Positions 47,705-64,000 of a DNA stretch of 64,000 nucleotides are shown piece after piece; the stretch's first letter is position 1, and every line of letters begins with the position of its first letter. Made by a program: the position numbers and the translations under genes. This DNA is from Macrostomum lignano (taxonomy: Eukaryota). The notes beneath the pieces were generated by a model. That model was not told the DNA's origin and made no database searches. It saw only the letters and a list, made by a program, of their open reading frames with translations. The stretch spans positions 62,001 to 126,000 of the forward strand of contig NIVC01000027.1 in the NCBI GenBank assembly GCA_002269645.1, given 5' to 3'.

Positions 47705-48554
47705 TCAAGAAGTGTGCTGATGGTCGTCGCACATCACCCCGCCAGTATTTGCATTGTCTGTCACGAGTACATAGTGTCTCATCGCCAAATAGTAGCAAAG
47801 CTCAAAGTACAAATTTTTTCTCTGTTGATCATCGAAATTGTTAAGCCCGGCAGGTATAAAGGATTTCACTACCAGAGGCGAAGTGAGCACACGGTACATG
47901 TTGCCGCAATTGCAATTTTGCTGATTCAACTCCGAGTTGTCCCACCAGCCGGATCTGCAGCTTTGCAGCAGTTTTTTCCGCGATTGGTTGAACGTTTGGT
48001 AAGAATCGAATGGATAGTGATGCTTCATTACGCTGCAAGGTTTTTTGTGGTAATAAGGTCACAGTGGCGTACATTTAGCCATGAAGTTTTATTAGTTCAT
48101 TCGCATTCTTTAGTAACCTAACTAATCTTTAATTAATGTATAACTGTTGACACCAAGTTAGCAAATTGACCCATGCTGATTTAAGAATCTTTCCCACCTC
48201 CATCTCGACATTCCAACGTCTTGCCGACGCTTTCATTCAGCTGACAGACTATTTACCAGCTTATTGTAATTTACGTTCGGAAACCTACTTTTGTGGCAGC
48301 AACATCTTATGCACACTCTTCACCACAATTAATGGCACTCACCTATTAACCTTGCGAAGATCGAAATAGACGGATATTTTGTACACATAGTATCGACATT
48401 CGTGAATTTTGAAGAATGAAAAGCAAGCGGTGTCCAAGTCGGTAAGAAACTTGTTTATGTCTTTGGTGTTTTCGCAATGTGGCGCAGGTGAACCGAGTGT
48501 CATAAATGACAGTGCCATAAAAGTCAGCAGTAACTTACTAATATTTGATGACAT
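47705..48554 (-). CDS. Orphan secreted Cys-containing protein; 2 exons 48343-48554 and 47705-48032; 179 aa
   Basis: Signal peptide MSSNISKLLLTFMALSFMTLGSP; strong donor AG|GTGAGT (48342) and acceptor TTGCAG (48033) join in phase 2; 8 Cys. Confidence 0.65.
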
Positions 48555-51198
48555 CCAGCTGATTAATACAAATAATTTCGTTTATATCAATCTATTATAA
48601 AAACAAGTGCAAGCTTTCGCGCGGAACGTCGCGGATGCGAAAACGTCTTTTCTGTAGCAAAAAACAACAGATTCGAATGAAGATGTCTATATAGTGGAAT
48701 TGGGTTCTACCATAGACAGTAGGTTCGCGGCTCTGAGAAGAAATCATCAAATTAAAGAAAAACTCAGCTGAAAAAAGGTTTATATACATGTAGTGTTAAA
48801 GTAATTTTGATTGTCTGTCAATCAGACGCTAAAGGTAAAGGCAATATAAGGTTATAAATATATCGTGATCGCGTATTGGCTTGATCGATTCATTTACTGC
48901 ACGAGAAATATACTGTATAATATATCGTGATTAAAATGCTGCTCAATTATCGGAATCTTGAGTGCTTTTAGGGGTGCGCTGTACTAGTCATTTATACACT
49001 ATATTGATACTGTACATGTATACATATACTCGTACCATGCAATATGAATTTCATATATACATAGTTGCTTCAAAAGTCACAGCTGTGACCATGTCAACAC
49101 ATCATCATTTAGTTTTCTGTGGCTGATATGTATACAGTACATGTAACAGTGTGTACATGTACATGTATACAGAGTGCCGTTGCTGGAACACTACTTGTCA
49201 TGGATACAATACATGCAGTATGTATGTACGTGTACATGTATGATGATAGCTAAGGTCAGATTAAACCATGCTATTGCTTCGTCAAATGGACCGATTGAGA
49301 AAGCTAGCCGCCAGCCGATAGATCAGGGCATGAATGGCTTTAGAGCATCGACCATCCAACTAATGATTAATATTCCAGCCCAATTATCGGCGGGGTAGGA
49401 ACATGTGTCGTCGAACCTCGCAGCGGTAAACATGCGCGCCGGTGATTCGATTCCGCGCCCGCGGCCGCAGTCAATTGGGACTTTCGCACAAAGAAATTAC
49501 CCGCGGGGATACCTTGATTCAAACTCACGAGGAGCCAACCACAAGGCACAGAGTGTACATGTACTTGCCTACTAACGATTAGAAAGTCAGGGCTTGTATG
49601 AGTTTGTGCCTTTCTACATGTACGAGCGTACATATATACATATCATGCATATGTGTTTTTAGAAGTAAGCGCGGAATGGGCAGAATTTCTGTGGGAGCCA
49701 TGCAAAAGCCTCCTCAAATGATAATAGTTGTTAATATTGTTGTGCTAAGCCGGATTGTAAATCTAGCTTTTCAGCGGACGAGCCCAGATCGAGATGGCGT
49801 CAGCAGTCAGCTGGCCGGGCTGACTTCGGACTCTGAGCGTGGGATCACGTCAGGAGACTTGATCAGCCCGTCCCTACGGCACAAATTAAACACAGCCGGT
49901 CCCTCAAATGAGAAAGACTCACTCAGCTCTTATATCTTCACGCAACAGTGATGGCGGCAGCAGGGTGGCTTCTCCCAACTTCTGGCGAAAGTTCTGAGTA
50001 TAAAGACAGGCTTCTGAGTAAATTAGTTTCGATTGTAATAGAGCTTGTATTTGAAGCTCTATTACCTTAGCTTACAATCGTGTCGATCTGCGTCCTAGAT
50101 CGACACGAAAGGTGCCTCCCCTGCCGCCGCGCCTGCATACATTTATATTTACGCTAGCTGGTTAAGCCCTAGGCCCAGATAGCCAAAATTACGAGTCTTA
50201 AAAGTTACAAAGCGCGCTGGAGTCGCGATTGGAGGAGGGAGAGTACTCAAACCGATTGGTTGGACCGCCAGCCAATCAGAGGGCGAGTGCAGTGAGGGAG
50301 CGCACTATAGGGCGCAGCCAGCCAAAACCGGTTGACTTAAACGAGAGACAGAGATTGCTCATCGGTGCAAATGTACCCGGCCACAACATTATTACTATTA
50401 TTATTAAGTTACTGTTAAGGACACCATCAGGATCCACCTCATTGTTAACGGTCTCTCACCGGTTCCCAATATGGGCTTAGGCTACACGTTAGGCTACACG
50501 AATGAGATTTGGAAAAGAATTATAGTATATAAATGTAATTTTTTGTTTGCTTTAACGGTATCTTTGATTGTATAGTTTGATAAGCTATTTTTGGTGCCTT
50601 TTTATAACATTTGTTTTGTATAAGATGTTTTTTCAAAGAAGCAAACACGCGCAAAATTTAAAATACAGTGAACCTGGACAATTACTAAGCGGGCACGCAT
50701 TGCACGATACAGGTCAGGATCAGGATAAAATAGTTATTTTAATTTAAATTACAATCATGATAATGGAGATTGGGGAAGCCAGTCAGAAATACGTGAACAG
50801 GGCAGCTATAAACCTACTAACTGGTCCCATGACAATGACATGACTAGGCCTACTGCTACGCTACACTACACAGTGGTACCCGTTGAAAATTTTGTCTTGT
50901 CTTTTAAAAAAATAATAAAATGTCGTTATTCCGCTAGAATAAGGTCCAGATTACTTTTTAAATACGTTTTCTGAGTTGAAGGTAAGCTTTAATGCCAAGG
51001 CTTAAACTTCAGGGATGCTGATATATTAGGCCTAGGCAAGATAGGCCTAGCCTAGGACAGGCTATACACACGCCTATAGTATAGTGTGTATGTGTACAGG
51101 GCAATTTTTTTACTTCGATTTGCTTTAGGCTAGTTCTTCTTAGATGTCCATTTCATTAAGAAAGTAAGAATATTAACTGTAGTCTGTATGTGTACAAT

Positions 51199-51494
51199 CA
51201 TATATGCGCAACCTCCAAAATTCAGTCGGCCGTGCGACTTAGTTTTAACAAAAATGCGACGTAGTTTTTGGCCAAAAATGCGACTTACATGTAAAAAAAC
51301 CCGAAAGCAAAATTACGTGACTTTGGGTAAACGGCAAGAGTAACTATGACTGTCTTATAAAGCCAAAATGCCTCGTCAGCTACTTAGCACTACTACTCCG
51401 TGTTTTTTTGGGTCGGCATTTTTGCGACTTCCTTGGTTGGCCGCCAAATCGGTCGGCCGGATCGGCCGACTCGGCCGACTGTTGCGCATGTATG
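51199..51494. mobile_element. hAT-type MITE with GGCCGACT subterminal motifs
   Basis: TIRs CATATATGCGCAAC / GTTGCGCATGTATG; exact 8-bp TSD TGTACAAT. Confidence 0.85.
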
Positions 51495-52154
51495 TGTACA
51501 ATGCCCTCTATGTGACTATGTGTAACTGTTTATTCAAGCATTTTCCTTAGGCCTATTAATATTAGGCCTATAATAAGCTAGACCCCCGCCCTAAGTTTTT
51601 AAAGGTTGGAAATCCAGTTGCCAGTTGGCCCTTCAGGCTCAAAATCCAGTTGCCAATCACTATTTTTGGTTGCCTTTTGGTAACTAGTCAAATTCTTAAG
51701 GATAGATATTTCCAAGGCTATGCTAGGCCTACATTTGAAAAGCAGGAATTTGTTTTCTCGATTCTAAGTTTGCTATCTATGCTGCAAACAATAACTAACA
51801 ATTCTATCATAACAATTTATAATTAAATGACACTTTTATTAGCCTACATTTAGCAATTTAGGTACAAATCATTTTTTGAAATTGGCAACTGATAGTCTGA
51901 CACAGGGAAAATGAAGTTGCCAGATTGGCCTCTGATGCCAAAAATCCATGTGTTGCCAAAATGACTATCGCCAAAGTGACTTGTTGCCAAAGTGACTATT
52001 GCCAAAGTGACTTGTCGCCAAAGTGATTGTAATTCTTCTAATCAAAGGACAAAGATTACTAGTAGGCCTAGTTGAATGGTGTAGCCACCATAGCCACAGT
52101 GGAGTGTGGTAGGCCTATATTAGAAAAAAATATGTTTTCCAAAGTAAAAATATG

Positions 52155-52631
52155 GGCTATCCTGTAGTTTCGCATGTTAAATTATTTTTTTTGAAAATGA
52201 TATCTTTTAAGTAACTTTAAGCTTAGTAAGTGACAGAATAGATAATAAGGGGTAACAGGGAGTAAGATAAACATGGAAGCAACTGTCTAATTTTGTTAGT
52301 CTGCAATTGAAATGGATTACAATGGATAATAATGCGACACCCAGTAGAGGAAGCTCCCAAAGGTTCCCATGCTGGTAGGCCAACCAGCCGTCAGTGATTA
52401 TGCGGGTGCCAGGCAGTATGTACTGGGCAATAATGGGCATGAGGGTCTCCACACGGCGGTCCGGGACAACAACCATCATGCAGTGGTTTATATACGTTTA
52501 AACAAAAGTAGCACTCGATAATATGTTACATTTGTTCCCTATTATCTACTCTGTCACTTACTAAGCTTAAAGTGACTTAAAAGTTATTATTTTCCAAAAA
52601 ATAATTTAACGTGCGAAACTATAGGATAGCC
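52155..52631 (-). mobile_element. Non-autonomous Merlin (IS1595/ISXO2-like) derivative with about 100-bp TIRs and a transposase fragment
   Basis: GGCTATCC...GGATAGCC ends; long inverted arms; exact 8-bp TSD AAAATATG; core translates VVPDRRVETLMPIIAQYILPGTRIITDGWLAY. Confidence 0.85.
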
Positions 52632-54411
52632 AAAATATGCCAAAAAGTATCTAAAAGGTCATTTGACTTCATAAGTGAGTTTCTTAACAACTCAAAAAAG
52701 TTTAAAAATCTTTAAAGAAAGCTAAAAATATGATTGTATAATTAGAGTTTTCTATATAATTAGGCCTAAGTTGTTAAGAGCTAAATTTTGATCAATAAAA
52801 CCCTTAGGCCTACTTATAATAATAGGCCTAAAAATAAACAAAAACTAAATTTGGAAATAGTAGTAGTATAAAACTTCATTTAGTCTAAGATAATTAAAGT
52901 AAAGCAAAGAATAAAAGTATATAATGGAAAATATTTTTTTATAATTTAATTTTTTTAATTTTAAGCAAGTTTTTATTATCCCCTTTGCAAAGATAAAAAA
53001 GTTGCCATATAAGGGATAAGCAGTTTTATTGTAGTTTAAATTTTATAAGTTTATATTGTTTATAATATAATAAAAAACTATAATTTTCATTTTATTATAA
53101 AGGGTCTTTTCTAGGCCTACTATGATTTGGATTATATTATAGGTAAAAGTTATCTGGAATAATAAAAATAAATGAAATAAATATTTTGTCATGACCATAC
53201 TTTATGACCATGACTATAAGCATTGCAATTAGTAAAAGCATTAAAGAGGCAGCATCATCATTCATTAACATAGCTGCAGCTCCCTCTTTTCTTTTTTACC
53301 AAATGATTGTCAGTATAGTTTATGCTCTGCTATGTGTTCAGTTGTTTTAGAATTTATAAGCAACTATATAAAAATATAAAACTATATGTTTGACACAGAT
53401 TGCTTTTTGGAGCTTTGTTCTATCTATTATAGTTCGAAAGTTACAAGTGCCTAAAGTTTAAAAATATGATAAGACCTTCTTGTGAAATGACCCCTTAATT
53501 GTTTCCTCTACTTTGCTTTTTGTGCTTTTTGCCAATGCTTCTAGTGGTAATACAATTTCAATTCATTATAATAGAAGAGTTTAATAGTTTATTAGTTTAA
53601 ATAATATTTTTTACTTGTTTTTCCAGTGCATAATAACAGCAAATAAATAAGAGTCTAACACTGAGTCAGGACTATCAATTGACTTTCTGACTATTAGGCA
53701 TTTAAGTTTTATGCTTCATTTGTATAGTATTTTCCTGTTAGATAAGATTATTTAATATATGGACCTATTATATCTAAAATAAAAATATAGAGTGCTCATA
53801 AAAAAAGAAAGATGTAAATTTAGGTTAATATAGGTTACTAGGTTATACTTGTAGGGGGTATAGATAATAGGTTCAATATTTTTTAGCAATCAGTTGCCCT
53901 TTATATCTTGTAATATTACCACAAATGCAATACAATTACAATGTATAAATTAGTAATTACATCTTATATGTACTGATTTCATATATTTATAATAATACTT
54001 TACATATTTTAAAATGTATAATAGCTTCCTTTTTGTGACACTAAAATGTCATATGCAAAACTTTTTATATGCTTTGGCCTTTGATGTTGTCAATCATGTA
54101 TCTTTGATGAGATACATCATCATTTTTGATGAATTAGTTCACTTTGCAACACAGTTTAAACTACAACTACAACTATCATTAACTGCACTACAAAAATAAT
54201 TTAAGAAATAAGCAACTCCCACACTATATAATACAAACTGCTTTTTAGGCCTAGCAAAACACAATGTCAATTATAAAATAAAGAATTCTTCAAATAGCTA
54301 TGAAATAAAGTGCCAAAAAGTAGAAAAACAACCCATCAAATAAGACATAAGTTGTTTATTTATTGTTAAATTTATTGTTACCATTGCATGCTCTAAGAAA
54401 ATTCACATATT

Positions 54412-63046
<8,635 letters not shown>

Positions 63047-64000
63047 TGCTCGAAGTTTCTTTTTTTGTTATTTAGTTTTAATCGACATTTCAATTGCAGC
63101 CGTAGAAAAACTATTCAAACTACTGATAGTTGGCTTGTGAGTAGTGCAAAACATTTTTAAGAGAGCGAATAGAAAAAGTAAACTAGGCAAAAAAGAACAT
63201 TTTTCATTGTGTTGCTACTTATTACTTTTTTCTATCAGTAGTAATGGCATAGCATTATTTTCTTTTAAATTTATTTCTTTCGTATTTTTTTTCATTGCTA
63301 AATGCAAGAATTTCAAAAAAGCAATAAAATCAAATCAACTGTCGTCATGTCAAAGATCGCAAGTTGTCGCAGTTTTTTTTAATTTAAAATAGTTCAGCTT
63401 ATTTATTTGTCATTCCGATGGAGCACGCTTTGAAATCTTTAATTTTTAGATAGAGTCTGTAGTATAGTTATTTACGAGATGCACTTTTGTGTAATATATA
63501 ATAAGGAGCAATAAGTTATATTTTTAATGAGTTTCCATAGGTACGATTTGTTTTAAATCTGTAATTTTTCTTTCTGGCTTGAACACTGCAGACTGGCTTG
63601 TTATATTATATTCCAGAATTTTTAGGACTGTTCATTTCATATTTAGTGTGCTCTGCTGTGCTCGAATCACTAGGCAACTGTAATTGTAATTCACTTCGAA
63701 CGTTTTTCTATCTATCTATTCCAATATAATTGTTTTCTATATTTAATCAAAGTTTTATTTATTTTTTTGTGAAATGAAAATGCTGTTTATATGCCTTATA
63801 GTAGAGCTTCAGTAGTGGCCGATGCAAGATACTATTGTAAAATTTGGTGTTACGCAATGCCTCATCCTTAAGATGCTGACATGTTGGGTTTTTTTATTTT
63901 CTTTTGTTTAGAATAGCGCCTCCCTGTAACGACTGAATGTCAAATGATGAGAAGAGATACAAATGCAACCATATTTTCTAATGCCTACTCAAGATACTGA

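Noticed and set aside
50240-50335. Cluster of CCAAT/ATTGG boxes suggesting a promoter
   Set aside because: No adjacent exon could be assigned, and short motifs arise by chance

Overview
This is intron-rich eukaryotic (animal) genomic DNA. The style (GC-rich exons, AT-rich intergenic DNA, minisatellite-filled introns, a C-type-lectin/PAN gene) suggests a free-living flatworm such as Macrostomum, but that is inference only. I assembled these genes by hand from GT-AG boundaries with consistent exon phases: (1) a 3-exon stand-alone NadR/Ttd14-type AAA_28 P-loop protein (4302-7715, +); (2) an atypical soluble guanylyl cyclase (H-NOX/H-NOBA/cyclase, about 615 aa, 9 coding exons located at 8669-18660, -) with Trp at the distal ligand-selectivity position and without the catalytic Asn/Arg; (3) a secreted C-type lectin + PAN/apple gene nested on the same strand in a cyclase intron; (4) an SZRD1-like SUZ protein; (5) a TMEM35B/NACHO-family protein; (6) an orphan single-TM His/Gly-rich ORF; (7) a divergent TRP(V)-like channel split at a TAATG junction; (8) an orphan secreted 8-Cys protein; (9) GCLC (5 exons, 54412-63046, +). 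The cyclase, TRP-like and GCLC genes each lack one base at a homopolymer or short run, which points to long-read consensus error more than biology. Mobile DNA includes a degenerate DD34D mariner, an internally deleted LTR element with an unrecognised 3' ORF, a Merlin derivative with about 100-bp TIRs, Tc1-like and MULE relics, several hAT/Harbinger/TA-type MITEs with intact TSDs, and an inverted pair of tRNA-derived SINEs. There are about 18 tandem-repeat arrays. I found no rRNA, true tRNA or CRISPR array. No database searches were run; family assignments rest on recalled motifs.
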